Positions 1 through 11,421 of a DNA stretch of 64,000 nucleotides are shown piece after piece. Source of the stretch: Bacteroidales bacterium (lineage in GTDB: Bacteria > Bacteroidota > Bacteroidia > Bacteroidales > VadinHA17); contig JALHSP010000160.1 of NCBI GenBank assembly GCA_022865305.1, positions 6,771 through 70,770 of the forward strand, given 5' to 3'. Made by a program: the position numbers and the translations under genes. Numbering within the stretch: position 1 is the stretch's first letter; each line of letters opens with the position of its first letter. Below the pieces are notes generated by a model, which saw only the letters and a list, made by a program, of their open reading frames with translations, made no database searches and was not told the DNA's origin.

Positions 1-1
1 A

Positions 2-1240
2 TCTGTGGCAACTAAACCAGATAACCCGGAGATAATGAGCCTTGATGATTATCTGGTCCTTGGTACTGAGTTTGGAATATTCCCCGGGAACCTGATAAAT
101 GGAAGAAAAATCACCGAACTTCCTCCGGAAGTGATGGATAGTGTTCTGCTTACTCTGAAAAGCAACTGGATCAACTGGACAACAATATTTTCAGATGAGG
201 CGCAATTATTCAAAAACCCACCTGAAAAAGAAGAATATACCATTTCCGGAAGACTAATGACAGGCAACCTGCAACCAGTTTATGCTGATGAAATACTTTT
301 AATATCAACTCCCGGGAAAGAAGCCGCTTTTCAATATACCAGAACGGACCAGGACGGAAATTTTGACTTCAGGGTACATATCGATGACGAGCTAAAAGAT
401 TTAATACTCCAACCGGATATAGAGAGTAAAAATCAAGAAATTTATATTGAATCACCTTTTTCAGATCAGTATCTCCCATATGAGATAGTTGTTGATTCAT
501 CAGGAAAATCGGTACCTCCTTTAGTCATAAGGCAGAGCATTAACTATCAGGTAAGAAAAATTTATGGCTCATCTTCTGTTGGGGATTGTTTAACTCCCGC
601 AATTCCACCGCTGAAATCGAAAAGATTTTATGGTACACCTGATTTTGAATTGATTATGAAAGATTACATTAAACTGGATTCAATGCCAGAGGTCTTTTTT
701 GAACTTGTTCCACATGTTACTCTGGGAAAAATTAATTCTGTTTATGAAATATCGATTACTGATGCTTTCCATAAAAGATTAGAAGGAGCTCCATGCGTTA
801 TGATTGATGGGGTAATTATCAAGGATCTGTCAGCAATTGCTAACCTTGATCCCGACCTTGTAGAAAAAATTGATGTCATTTGGGAAAAATATCGTGTTGG
901 GAATTATTTATTTAACGGAATCGTCAATGTAATTTCAAAAACCGGTGATTTCAGCAACGGAGCTCTCCCTGTTGATGCTATAAGGCTACATTACAGAATT
1001 TTAGATCCTGTTTGTTCGTTCGTGTCGCCTGATTATTCATCTACAGAAATTAGAAATAGTCCGGTAGCGGATTACAGGAATACACTTTACTGGAATCCCT
1101 CTGTTAAGCCTGATAAAAATGGCAGAGCAATGATTGAATTTTGGACTGCAGATATTAAATCTGATTATATAATTAATCTTCTGGGCATTACATCAGAAGG
1201 TAAAACTGTATCTCTCAGGAAAATGATTAAAGTCAGATAA
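2..1240 (+). CDS. C-terminal part of a large secreted protein with carboxypeptidase-regulatory-like and TonB-plug-like segments (5' end outside window)
   Basis: The frame is open to the window edge, so the listed GTG at 5 is probably internal. GRLMTGNLQPV...DQDGNFDFRV and VMIDGVIIKD...LVEKIDVI...NGIVNVISK resemble CarboxypepD_reg and Plug folds. No catalytic motif recognised. Confidence 0.5.
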   Translation, partial: SVATKPDNPEIMSLDDYLVLGTEFGIFPGNLINGRKITELPPEVMDSVLLTLKSNWINWTTIFSDEAQLFKNPPEKEEYTISGRLMTGNLQPVYADEILLISTPGKEAAFQYTRTDQDGNFDFRVHIDDELKDLILQPDIESKNQEIYIESPFSDQYLPYEIVVDSSGKSVPPLVIRQSINYQVRKIYGSSSVGDCLTPAIPPLKSKRFYGTPDFELIMKDYIKLDSMPEVFFELVPHVTLGKINSVYEISITDAFHKRLEGAPCVMIDGVIIKDLSAIANLDPDLVEKIDVIWEKYRVGNYLFNGIVNVISKTGDFSNGALPVDAIRLHYRILDPVCSFVSPDYSSTEIRNSPVADYRNTLYWNPSVKPDKNGRAMIEFWTADIKSDYIINLLGITSEGKTVSLRKMIKVR

Positions 1241-1352
1241 TTTAATTACTAATAAATCCACTATCCCTATACTTTCAGGCACAATTATAGCTTGCATAGG
1301 TTCACTAATATTATGGCGGGCTTTAGCGGGCAAAACCAACAAAGAAAATCAG

Positions 1353-1385
1353 ACACTTACAAATTAAAAATGTAAGTGTTTTTCT
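1353..1385. terminator. Hairpin between convergent genes, likely bidirectional terminator
   Basis: Perfect 9-bp stem ACACTTACA (1353-1361) / TGTAAGTGT (1371-1379) with a 9-nt loop, followed by TTTTTC. It lies between the stops at 1240 (+) and 1402 (-). Confidence 0.55.
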
Positions 1386-1401
1386 GACATTAGTAACTGA
1401 C

Positions 1402-3342
1402 TTATTTAACTGTTGGTTTAGGGTTCCTTTTAACTAAAGTAATGTTAGGTTTCGGAGCCTTTTTCATATCAGTACCTAGAAAAAAACTGGTATTAGGAGG
1501 TTGATTATAGGCTACGTTTTGAGTTGCAATAGCCAATCTGTACTGCGGATCGTGCATCAGAGTACAAATCCGGTGTTTGGTTGGAATTACAGTAGTATAA
1601 ATTCTCAGATTTTGATTATCGTTGGTTCGAAGTATGACCTCTTCACGCCAGTCACCGAATAAATCTGCACTCAATGCAGGTGTGGACTTTGAGCCATTAT
1701 TTGAGGCACAGCCTTCGGCAGTAAAAAGCCGGCCTGTTTTGTATTTATCTATATGATTCCCATCGAGTAATTCTCTGGAAAGATCACCATCCCACCATAT
1801 CAGAAAATTAGTTGATGAAGGCATTTCACCTATTTTTTCTCCTTTCAGAGTAAAGAGTCCATCTGATCCTGCCCACCACATTTCTGCACCGGGATTTGCA
1901 GGGTCAATATCGCCGGCTACTCCCCTCCCGACATCCTTGTCCATAGAACCTTTAAATAATACCTCTCCCGTTCCCGCATCATAAAGTGAGACTCCAGGTC
2001 CTGTAGTTTTACTTTCAATTTCATGTATTCCAAATACTTGCAGTCCCGGGCGATCCGGATCAAGAACTCCGACATGGATTGCGTCACCATGACGAAAGCC
2101 AGTGGAGAACAGGCCTTTACCATTATCGTCAACAACCATTGAACCATAAATGATCTCATCTTTTCCATCACCATCCACATCGGTAACACTCAGGTTATGA
2201 TTACCCTGTCCTGAATAAGGATTTTCCCCGTCTTTGCTATCGAACACCCAGCGGGAAGTAAGCTTCCCGTTTCTCCAGTCCCAGGCAGCCAGCACTGATC
2301 TGCCATAATACCCCCTGCACATGATAACACTTGGATGAACCCCATCAAGATAAGCAACGCAGGCAAGCATACGGTCAACACGATTACCGGTACTGTCACT
2401 TCCTCCATTTCCTCCGTGTCCGTTCCATCCATTTAACGGATAGCGGTCAGGAATATAATTTGTTGTAGCAAGTGCTTCACCGGTTGCGCCGCTGAAGATC
2501 GTAAAATATTCGGGACCGTTGAGGATTTTACCATAGAAGGGGCCGCTGGCTTTATCAAGATTACGCCAGTCTTTTGTTGAATCGCCAACGACTTTCCCAA
2601 TGCCATCAATAGTCCCGTCGGCAGTTTTACAGGCAAATTCAGAGATCCCATCTCCGTCAAGATCATATACCATAAACTGTGTATAATGGGCACCCTCACG
2701 AATATTCCTTCCAAGTATTATTTCCCACAAAAATGTGCCATCCATCTTATAGGACTGGAAAACTGGAATGCCAGAGATACCTGTCGATGGCGTATCAATA
2801 CTTCTGCCTGTCTGATGGAGAATAAGTTCATACTCTCTATCTCCATCGAGATCTCCTGCTGAAACATCATTCGGAGTAAAACCTGCAGGGGTCCTGAGTG
2901 GAATGTTAATGTACTGCTGAATAGGGGAATTAGCTTTCAGAGTAAATGGTTTACTCTTTTCCTGTTCTTTACCCTTCAAAACCGCCCTGACAAAATATAT
3001 TTGATCTGTTAATAAATTAACACTTCCATCGATATAATTTGTGCTTTCCGTTATTGGCTTTTTATTGAGCCTGACAGGTTTGCCATTGCCGCTTTGACGG
3101 TATAGGTTGAATGCTATTCCATCGGGTTCAGTTCCAAGCATTCGCCAGCCGATATATACCGAATCATTCCCTGTATGAATTGCTATGACACCCCGGTCGA
3201 GGTTTTCCATTGGCCGCTGAGCCATCGCCTGTGATCCGGTAATAAGCATTAAAAGCACTAAAACAATTTTATTTCTGATTTTTGATACACCCTTTATCAT
3301 GATTTTTTCAATTAATTGAGATTTATGGTTTTGTGCTGTCAT
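1402..3342 (-). CDS. Rhamnogalacturonan lyase, polysaccharide lyase family 11 (YesW/YesX-like), secreted
   Basis: Repeated FG-GAP-like DLDGDxxxE motifs (DLDGDREYE, DLDGDGISE, DVDGDGKDE). C-terminal NLRIYTT..PTKHRICTLMHDPQYRLAIATQNVAYNQPP matches my memory of YesW. A signal peptide begins at the internal Met (MIKGVSKIRNKIVLVLLML), so the true start is probably 3300. Confidence 0.8.
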   Translation of the reverse strand: MTAQNHKSQLIEKIMIKGVSKIRNKIVLVLLMLITGSQAMAQRPMENLDRGVIAIHTGNDSVYIGWRMLGTEPDGIAFNLYRQSGNGKPVRLNKKPITESTNYIDGSVNLLTDQIYFVRAVLKGKEQEKSKPFTLKANSPIQQYINIPLRTPAGFTPNDVSAGDLDGDREYELILHQTGRSIDTPSTGISGIPVFQSYKMDGTFLWEIILGRNIREGAHYTQFMVYDLDGDGISEFACKTADGTIDGIGKVVGDSTKDWRNLDKASGPFYGKILNGPEYFTIFSGATGEALATTNYIPDRYPLNGWNGHGGNGGSDSTGNRVDRMLACVAYLDGVHPSVIMCRGYYGRSVLAAWDWRNGKLTSRWVFDSKDGENPYSGQGNHNLSVTDVDGDGKDEIIYGSMVVDDNGKGLFSTGFRHGDAIHVGVLDPDRPGLQVFGIHEIESKTTGPGVSLYDAGTGEVLFKGSMDKDVGRGVAGDIDPANPGAEMWWAGSDGLFTLKGEKIGEMPSSTNFLIWWDGDLSRELLDGNHIDKYKTGRLFTAEGCASNNGSKSTPALSADLFGDWREEVILRTNDNQNLRIYTTVIPTKHRICTLMHDPQYRLAIATQNVAYNQPPNTSFFLGTDMKKAPKPNITLVKRNPKPTVK

Positions 3343-3386
3343 TCCAGATTAAATTTTGTGTGGTGCAAGCTGCAAATTCCTGTGTA

Positions 3387-5382
3387 TCAGAAGTAAACCG
3401 TCCACTCTACATCCGCACCAGTTGGTGAATTATAATCAACCGTCAGCAGATTTCCCTCAGTTTTTATACCAGCTGTAAGTTTATTGGAAAGCTCCACTTT
3501 CTTAACGCTGTAACCTTCAGGTACATAGATTCTCAACTGGTAAGGATCTCCGGCTACGGCACGGGAAACTCCTTTCAACATACGCTTCTTTGCATCATAT
3601 GTGAGGTCTTTTATATCAAATGCCATCTGCCGGATATGTCTGCTGGTAGAAATAAGTGCTGGTCGGTTTTGTTTTTCAACGATGCTGTAAATGTCACAAT
3701 CATAAGAATTTAGAGGACGTGTTACAAAGGTTCCTTTAAAGGTTCCTATGAGCTTTCTGGTCCAGAATTCATAAACAATATATTCTTTGCTGGGATCAAG
3801 ACGTAAATCTTTTGCTGCATCAAGTTTGGTAGTGAATGGCTGATCCGATGCTTTGGTGTAATTGAATACCGCTAATACCGACCAATTCCCGAATGGCCGT
3901 TCAACCGGCATATTCCATAGCTGCGCCGGCCTGCGGACAAATAAGCCTACGGGGTAGGATACATCCATGGTCGGCGTCTTCCGAAACACGGAGGATATCG
4001 ACTAATCCGTATGAATGATCGACCGGCTGCATATTGGAGCGGATGACCATTCGCGGAACAATTTTATCTACCGCCTCGCGCCATGCCAACATTGCAGCAT
4101 GATAGGTCTCCAGCGCGCTCATAAAGGGATCGTATTGCCCGGGCCATTTGTCCCACCAGTCGGAGAAGTCTGTCTCTGCCCTCCCGGTAAGTTGTTCCTG
4201 TCCGGCAGCCCACTGAAGGACTCTTTCTCCGCCGAATTTAACAGTTCTGATGGGAAGAAAGCACTCGTCGGGCAAGGTAACCCTGCGGCGTCCCGTAGTC
4301 ATGGTCCCGGCCCCGTAAGCTCCCCAGTCACCATTAATATCGAAGGTAGGAAACCGGCCCGAAGTACTGCCTCCAGATCCGTAAATTGCCATACTACCAC
4401 TGCGACCCGGTCCTCCGAGCCCCCAGCAGAAATCGAACAATCCGTTCTCCTCGAAAAAAGTCTTTGTACTGGTATTATTTCCACCCGACATCCATCCATG
4501 GAAACGGCTGTAATTATTCGAGACAAGTTCACGGTCGTCAGGATTAATCGGACGACGTTCTTTAAGACGTACATCATGGGCAATTGCTATGAGGTCAGCC
4601 TGATGTTCCATTGCACGGATCGCGTCCTTGCTGAAATCGATAAGCAGTTTTTCACCGGGAAAAGTTTTCCCGGAGGGCATTGTGACTTTGTAGCTGCAAT
4701 ATCCCCTGACCTGCATGTGGTCGGGTCTCTTCCCTGTCCAGCCTGATCTCACTTCGAATCTAGATGCGCCTTTCTGGGTTGTTATATGTCCCATTAGCAG
4801 GCTATTACCCGTGTCAGAGTCTTTCACCACGTGGTTCACGGCATATGTTTTAGGTGTGATCAGGTTAATCACAGACAACAGCTCATAAAGGTCGCGATTG
4901 CGGGACTGAGTACCAAGAGTAATCCACCTGTCGGAGGTACTGCCAAGCCGCACATCCCGCGATACAAAGTAATCCATGTCGTCGATGTCAACATCCTTGC
5001 CTGTGTTATTTGCCCGGCCCAGACTGACGAGAATATCATTTCCTGTTTTGCTGACGGATAACTGATAATCGAAATCGAGCTGACCTGGTTTTGTACCCCG
5101 AAGAGTCACTGTTACATATGAACCAAGATTGTTGTTATCATTGTAATTGACGGAACTTGTCACTGTCCATCCGGAAGGGTCGTCACCAGGAAGAAAGAAA
5201 ACTTCATTAATCTTCATCTCTGTCCCTTTGACTTCTGCAGACCAGCGGCAGACAGACGCATCAATAGAAACCAGTAAATTCTTCGTATCTACTGTGATAG
5301 GATTTTGAGACAATTGACCGGCTCTTTGGCTGTAGCTTATTATCGAAATGAAAGACAAAACAAACAGCGCTAAATTTTTCAT
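3387..5382 (-). pseudogene. Secreted glycoside-hydrolase-like protein (possibly alpha-galactosidase-like clan), split by a frameshift
   Basis: Two ORFs (3901..5382 with signal peptide MKNLALFVLSFISIISYSQ, and 3387..3989) overlap by 89 nt in different frames. The second carries a beta-sandwich-like C-terminus typical of GH C-terminal domains. The frame switch must lie between about 3960 and 4002. Family assignment is weak. Confidence 0.55.
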
Positions 5383-5441
5383 CTTTATAGTTTATTGTTA
5401 ATTAATTAACAGCTCATGCTTTTATATATACTCCAGGTTAT

Positions 5442-7706
5442 CTACTGAACCCCAAGAGTATGCTGCAACCGGATGTCTGCGGAAGAGGCACCCAAACGGA
5501 TCTCGATACTGTCGCGCTCAACTTGCCAGTTGTTCTTGCTAATGTCCCAATATGCAAGGCGTTGGGCAGGTAAGGCTATCGCTACAGTCCTTGTTTCGCC
5601 GGCTTTCAGGTGCACCCTCTGGAATCCCTTGAGTTCCTGAACGGGACGACTTACTTTGGAATTGAGGTGTTTGACATAGAGTTGTACTACCTCGTCACCG
5701 GCACGTTTACCCGTGTTTTGCACATCCACATTTACGGTGATCGAACCATCCCTTGCAAGGCTCTCAACACTGGTCTTAAGGTTCGACCATACAAATGTTG
5801 TGTAACTCAGACCTAAGCCAAATGGATAAAGCGGCTCACTTTTAAAGTACATGTAGGTACGACCGTTGCGGATGTCGTAATCGAGCATTTCCGGCAATTG
5901 GTCCAGGGACTTAGGCCAGGTTTGCACCAAACGCCCACCCGGATTGTAGTCACCAAACAACACATCGGCCAGGGCAGTTCCTTCCTCCTGACTGCTGTGA
6001 GCCATGTGCACTATAGCGGGTACATTTTCCTGGGTCCAGTTGATGGCATACGGAAAACTGCTTTTCAGATCTACAATAGTTTTTGGGTTTGCAGCAAACA
6101 CCTGTTTAATAAGTTCTTCCTGCTCATCCAGAGTAATTGTTTTACGGTCCAGATCTTCCCGTCCCTCGCTCGGACTTGATATTTTCTTCCACCCATTGTC
6201 GAGGTTGGGATTATTTCCTACACACACAATGGCCACATCGGACGATTTAGCAAGATTTACAGCTGCAGCAACGTCATCACCTAAAGCAAACTGCACTTTA
6301 ACTTTTGCCCCAACCTTGTTCTTAACGCCTGTCAGCGGAGTAATAGCATAAGGTGCCTGTGAGCTGTACCAGTCAAATACAACCTGATCGGCTCGCGGGC
6401 CGATCATAGCGATCGACTTAACTGACGACTTATTCAGGGGCAGGAGGTTACCTGAATTTTTAAGAAGAACAATAGACTTCTGTGTTGCCAGGCGTACTAT
6501 ATTCTTGTTTTTCTGAGTATTCCATGGTGCGGATTCCAGTGTGTCAGCCCCAATTTTGGCATAGGGGACACGATCCGCAGGGTCGAGCAATCCCAGACGA
6601 ATGAAAACCCGAAGTGTGCCTTTGATCACTTCATCTAATCGTTTTTCTGTAAGAAGGCCCTCTTCGATAGCTTTTTTCACTGGAGCCTCAAAATTCCTGT
6701 CAAGATATTGATTGATGCCCGCATTGACTGTCCCGGCACCTGACTGGGTGGTGTTTTCATAGTAACGCTGTGAGCGGGTAAGGTTAGCGAAACCCCCGGC
6801 GTCGGTACAGATAACGCCGTCCACACCCCATTGTTTGACCGTCACCGCCTCTATCACCGGATTCACGGTGCAGGGGATGCCATTGATCAGGTTGTAGGCC
6901 GTCATAAAGCACTGCCAATATTGGGGATCGTCGCCCTGAAGGCCCTTGATCATTGCAACTGACATAATACCATTAAAGTATGGGTCCTCGCCGAAACATT
7001 CTTCGGTACGGCCCCAGCGTGGGTCACTACCCACATCAGCGTTGGGCGCCCTGATGATAAGTCCGCCCCGTCCCTGGTATTTAGGACTCTGGAATACGTA
7101 CCGGGCTTCATAGCCTTCGATAGCACCTGCCTGACGTATGATATCTGGCAACTCATCGCGTGTGAGGATGAGATCATGGTTATAAATACAGATAAGTTCA
7201 GCCGAAGGTTCCCCTGTGTGACAGAGAACCCAGACAAGATTGTTCAGTTTTCGTTCCTTTGTGAAATAGTCAAACATTGTTCGCCACAGCTTTACAAAAC
7301 GTTCGCCGCCCTGCTTACCATACCAGAACCAGTTTCCGTCGCATTCGTGCATAGGACGCCACAGTACTGGCACATTGGCGTCTCTTAATTCGGTGAGGTG
7401 GTCCGCGATCCGCTTCAGATCGCTCCACATGGCTTTATACTCTTCTGTACCTGGTTCAAAACAACGGTCAATGTTAATTTCCTTTTTACTGTTTTCATAT
7501 CCTTCACCAATGGAGGGTGCGCCCCAGGGGACCCACATCTGGCCCGGCAGGGTCTTTTTACCGTACACTGAATAAAGGTAATTAAGCAGTGCCCTGGCTT
7601 CCTGCGAGGCATTGGGGGTTACAGGAGTTTGGCCTGTTGTGTTGGAGACGCCAAGGAGACTTACACCTATCAGGATCAGGAATATTTGCAGTAATTTACG
7701 TTTCAT
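5442..7706 (-). pseudogene. Open 754-aa chimeric ORF: N-terminal GH26 fragment fused in frame to an N-terminally truncated GH3 beta-glucosidase/xylosidase
   Basis: Residues 1-165 carry a signal peptide, NASQEARALLNYLYSVYGKKTLPGQ and VPVLWRPMHECDGNWFWYG (GH26 acid/base motif). From about residue 170 it reads GH3 (DPRWGRTEECFGEDPY, GVDGVICTDAGG, fibronectin-like C-terminus FGLGLSYTTF..ELKGFQRV). The GH26 nucleophile half and the first ~100 aa of GH3 are absent. The GH3 segment between GDDPQYW and FMTAYN is also missing. Confidence 0.6.
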
Positions 7707-7776
7707 TTTTATTCATTTATTTAATTAATTATAGTTGCGTTTAAGGTCATCGCTAAAAAGATGTTGAATTAATTTT

Positions 7777-9923
7777 TCATTTGGAATATAGTCTGACTTT
7801 CCAGGAAACCTTTCCGGCAAAAGGATCTGTTTCCATGATAAAGTGGTTATCTTTTTTCACAAGAGATATCTTATGCAGCAAGTTGTCTGAGGGCAGGCAG
7901 ATCAAGCCTTTGACTTTCTTTAAGTCTATTGCATAAACTATAAGGTCCAGTTTTGACCAATCCATTTGTGCAGTAGACTGTGCAAGAGCGATGTGTGGAA
8001 TAACTGCTCCTTCGTGCACCAGAACGATAATTGGAATTTCCCCGGCTTCAATATTATGCCAACCGCCGGAATATACTTTACCTGTCTGATAGTCAATCCA
8101 CTGTCCGGGAGGAAGATATACATCACGCTTTGTAACATTTTCAAATAACGGAGCTACAAGCATATCTGTGCCAAACAGATACTCATCATCAATAGTCCAT
8201 GAACCAGGATCGTCAGGGTATTCTATAAAGAGTGCCCTTAGCATCGGGAGGCCGCGTTCAGTACAGTCTTTCGCCTGCGAATAAATATATGGCATAAGTT
8301 CATATCTCATGTTATCTGCAAGCCGGAATGCATTCATAAAATCCTCTCCATATTCCCACGGTTCGGTGGGTGGAGCACCATGACTGCGAGTGTGTGAAGT
8401 CAGCATACCAAATGGTGTCCAGCGGAGATAAATGTCCTCAGGCTTTTTATTGACAAATCCACCAATATCATGTGCCCAGAACGAAAAACCGCAAAGGCCG
8501 ATCGACAATCCTGCTTTCAGTGTGGCTGCCATTGCAGTGTTGGTATTGGCAGGATCACCTCCCCAATGCACAGGATAACGCTGGCTCCCGGCCCAGGCGC
8601 TGCGTGCCCATATTATATTTTCACCATTAACCTCTCTCGTAATGTCTGCAATTGCCACAGACTGGTCTGAAACCCCATTAATTTGAAATCAGCCATCATT
8701 TTGGCGGCATCTTTAAAACGTGTTTTTGAGAATTGATAATCACATCTCCAGTCTGTTTCGAACCAGCCTGTGTCAAAGTGAAGAACATCACTCGGAATCT
8801 TATTTTCCCTGAGTTTTTTTGTGACTTCACGTCCTTCTGCTTCTGAAAAATATGTGATCCTGCTCATCCAGAATCCAAACGACCATAAGGGAGGCATTGA
8901 TGCTTTTCCGGTAAGGTTTGTATATTCATTCAGGATATCTTTCGGCTCACCAAGAAATATAAAAATGTCTTCTTCGTCATCACCTATCATGAGGGAATAG
9001 ATACCGCTGTAATATTTACCAAAATCGCAGGTAACTGGTGAAGAAGTATGCATAAATAAACCATAGCCCCGGCTGCTTAGAAAAAATGGTATTGGTTTGT
9101 ACATTATTTCGTTCTGTGTACCATTTGCATCATCAGTCCACAACACCACTTTCTGACCTCTTTTATCAAATTCTGTAAAGGACTCACCACAACCAAAAAA
9201 AATTTCATCAGGCGATAATGAAAATACCGCATCCATACTTGTTGAATAATCAGATGCACGGCGGACAAAAGAAAAAGGCAATAATGGCGTAAATGTTTCA
9301 GAACCATCTCTGTTATTAATAGTTTTAGTGATAAGTTTCCCATTGGCATTGAATATTTCAATACGCCACGGATATTCTGTAATAACCGCTGAGCCATAAG
9401 GATTTGTATAACGATATCCAAGGTCAGTCTTACTGTATTGCCAGGCACTATTATCTTGTTGCACTTTCCCCTTCACGAGCATAAGTGACTCTTCATCCGG
9501 TTTGACCTGGAACCGCGAGTGGGTCCTTATCCGCAACGTACGTGATGATATGAACTCAATAGAAAAGGGGAGAGCCGGTGATTCCGCATATTCACCTGTT
9601 GGAAATTCATTTGGATTCACAGGTTTCAACACTGCTAACATGTTGTCAAATGCCTGCCGTGTATAATATTCATAACGCCTATAGCTTATCTTGCCTGATC
9701 CTGTCTTCGGATCGAAAGAGGAAAGACTATCCGCCAGATAATAAGTATTTGAGAAACTTCGAAAATCTCCACTGATATCAATTGGTTCATTCAATAATGC
9801 CTGAGTTTTACTGGTGGAACCCACCGGAATCTGACTATAAACCGAAGAATTGAGAGATACTATTAAAAGTACTACTATAATACAATATTGCAGTAGCTTA
9901 ATAAGAGTTAACCTGTTATTCAT
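7777..9923 (-). pseudogene. GH31 alpha-glucosidase/alpha-xylosidase with an internal deletion and frameshift
   Basis: The N-terminal ORF (8613..9923) ends just after FDTGWFETDW...LMGFQTSLW. The second ORF (7777..8658, artefactual GTG start) resumes at IADITREVNGENIIWARSAWAGSQRYPVHWGGD..DIGGF. The roughly 150-aa segment that carries the nucleophile Asp in GH31 enzymes is missing. Junction is near 8655. Confidence 0.7.
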
Positions 9924-9939
9924 AAAACCTCATTTAATA

Positions 9940-11379
9940 TCATTTATAACTATATAGAGAAACTTTTTGGATGTTGTAGCCGGCACCCAGTCTGAGGTTG
10001 CTTCCCTGACCGGTATCATCTCCTGCCAACCTGCGCCCCGGGATCCATTTGCCTTGTACAAAAGTACCTTCTTCAACTGTTGCCAGTCCGGTTTTAAATT
10101 CAGGATTTTTTTGTGAAAAAGTAATTGTCATACCACTTCCTCCGATGTAAAACTCTCCGGGAGCGGTCATAATAAATATGGCTGCTCCCTGTGCCCCACC
10201 GCTTGTTTCAGGGATAAACAACGGATTGCCTGAGCGGGTAAATTGTTCAGCAATATTAGCAAAATCAGGGCGATAAAGGTCGGGTGCAAGGAAGTCAATT
10301 GACGGACCACCGGCATGATAAATATCGAATACATGCGGGAGACATCCGCCACTTGGATAGGTACCTGGCCAGGAATGCTCTCTTTGTTTCAGCCAGGCAT
10401 TGACAAACATTGGTATCGGATATTCGGCTTTCCCTGCTTCAACAATATAATTAATATAAGTTGAATAATACCATGCCATAAAAACTTCGTCGGAATAAAA
10501 AGGATAAGTCACCAATGCTTCATCCTGTTCTTCCTGAGTCATTGGGGGAACGAGATTCCGAACCGGCATAACAAGTCCTTTAGGTTTTCCCGGGCCAAAT
10601 ACTTCTTCCCAGGTTCCAGACATTTTGGATCCATTAGCTTTCCAAACTTCTTTTAATTCAGGAACGAGGTTGTCTTTATTTTTTTCAATATAGCTCATTA
10701 ATTCCTGCGGGACAGGTCCTTTGTAAGCTTCATTGGCAATAGCTGAACGGTCGCGGGAGTCGAGCAATACACCGACTTCGTTTTCAACCTGCATCATAAT
10801 GACCGTTCGTTGTCTGCTGTCAACTTCCTTAATATATTTCATCAGGGCAGCAAAAGCACGGGCATCGGCATTACGGTTTTCTTCACTTAAAGGTGTTATT
10901 AATTCGATGGTTTCAGTTTCGTTTATTTTAATACGAGGGAATCGCACATAGTCCTTTTTTACCCAATCAGGAATATAACTGGACTTCCCGTTTTTCCAAC
11001 TTGCAAACCAGATAAAAATCAGTTTCAAATTATTTTTTCTGGCATCATTTATTACCGCGCCAACTATATCAAAATTGTACTTGCCTTCCTCTGGTTCGAC
11101 CATGGCCCATGAGATACCGGCTATTACTGAATTAAGATTTCCCACGGTTAATACCGGCCAAATCGGTTTCAAATAATCAATATTGGTGGCATTATTATTT
11201 CCCAGTTCGCCGCACAGGGCAATAAATGGTTTCCCATCAACAATAAATTGTTTGGCCGTGCCTTGTTCTTTCAGAGAAGGAATAGGAGCAGGTGTTTGCC
11301 TTGAACAATTGATGCTGAATAAAGGCAACAATAACATGATTGCGATTAGTGAACGACAAGTTTGGTTTCTATTTTTCAT
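9940..11379 (-). CDS. GH35-like / DUF5597-family glycoside hydrolase, secreted; ORF is open but appears to carry an in-frame internal deletion
   Basis: N-terminal domain VEPEEGKYNFD...IWFASWKNGKSSY..MQVENEVG is paralogous to 11422..12925. Alignment to that paralogue shows GGAQGAA joined directly to IFIMTAPGEFYIGG (near nt 10180). This skips at least 55 residues that are present in the paralogue. Confidence 0.6.
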   Translation of the reverse strand: MKNRNQTCRSLIAIMLLLPLFSINCSRQTPAPIPSLKEQGTAKQFIVDGKPFIALCGELGNNNATNIDYLKPIWPVLTVGNLNSVIAGISWAMVEPEEGKYNFDIVGAVINDARKNNLKLIFIWFASWKNGKSSYIPDWVKKDYVRFPRIKINETETIELITPLSEENRNADARAFAALMKYIKEVDSRQRTVIMMQVENEVGVLLDSRDRSAIANEAYKGPVPQELMSYIEKNKDNLVPELKEVWKANGSKMSGTWEEVFGPGKPKGLVMPVRNLVPPMTQEEQDEALVTYPFYSDEVFMAWYYSTYINYIVEAGKAEYPIPMFVNAWLKQREHSWPGTYPSGGCLPHVFDIYHAGGPSIDFLAPDLYRPDFANIAEQFTRSGNPLFIPETSGGAQGAAIFIMTAPGEFYIGGSGMTITFSQKNPEFKTGLATVEEGTFVQGKWIPGRRLAGDDTGQGSNLRLGAGYNIQKVSLYSYK

Positions 11380-11421
11380 AAAAGTCTTATTTTAAAATCG
11401 ATATGATGTATTGCCCTCCTT

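Noticed and set aside
3960-4002. Programmed ribosomal frameshift joining ORFs 3901..5382 and 3387..3989.
   Set aside because: I saw no slippery heptamer or downstream structure. The neighbouring genes are also broken by unrelated lesions, so a mutational frameshift or sequencing error is simpler.
4015-4746. Long antisense ORFs inside GC-rich genes (e.g. 4015..4746, 11411..11872, 56039..56548, 57491..57934, 57502..57963).
   Set aside because: They lie entirely within better-supported genes on the opposite strand, have low-complexity Ser/Pro/Arg/Cys-rich translations and no recognisable motifs. Shadow ORFs of this kind are expected in GC-richer coding DNA.
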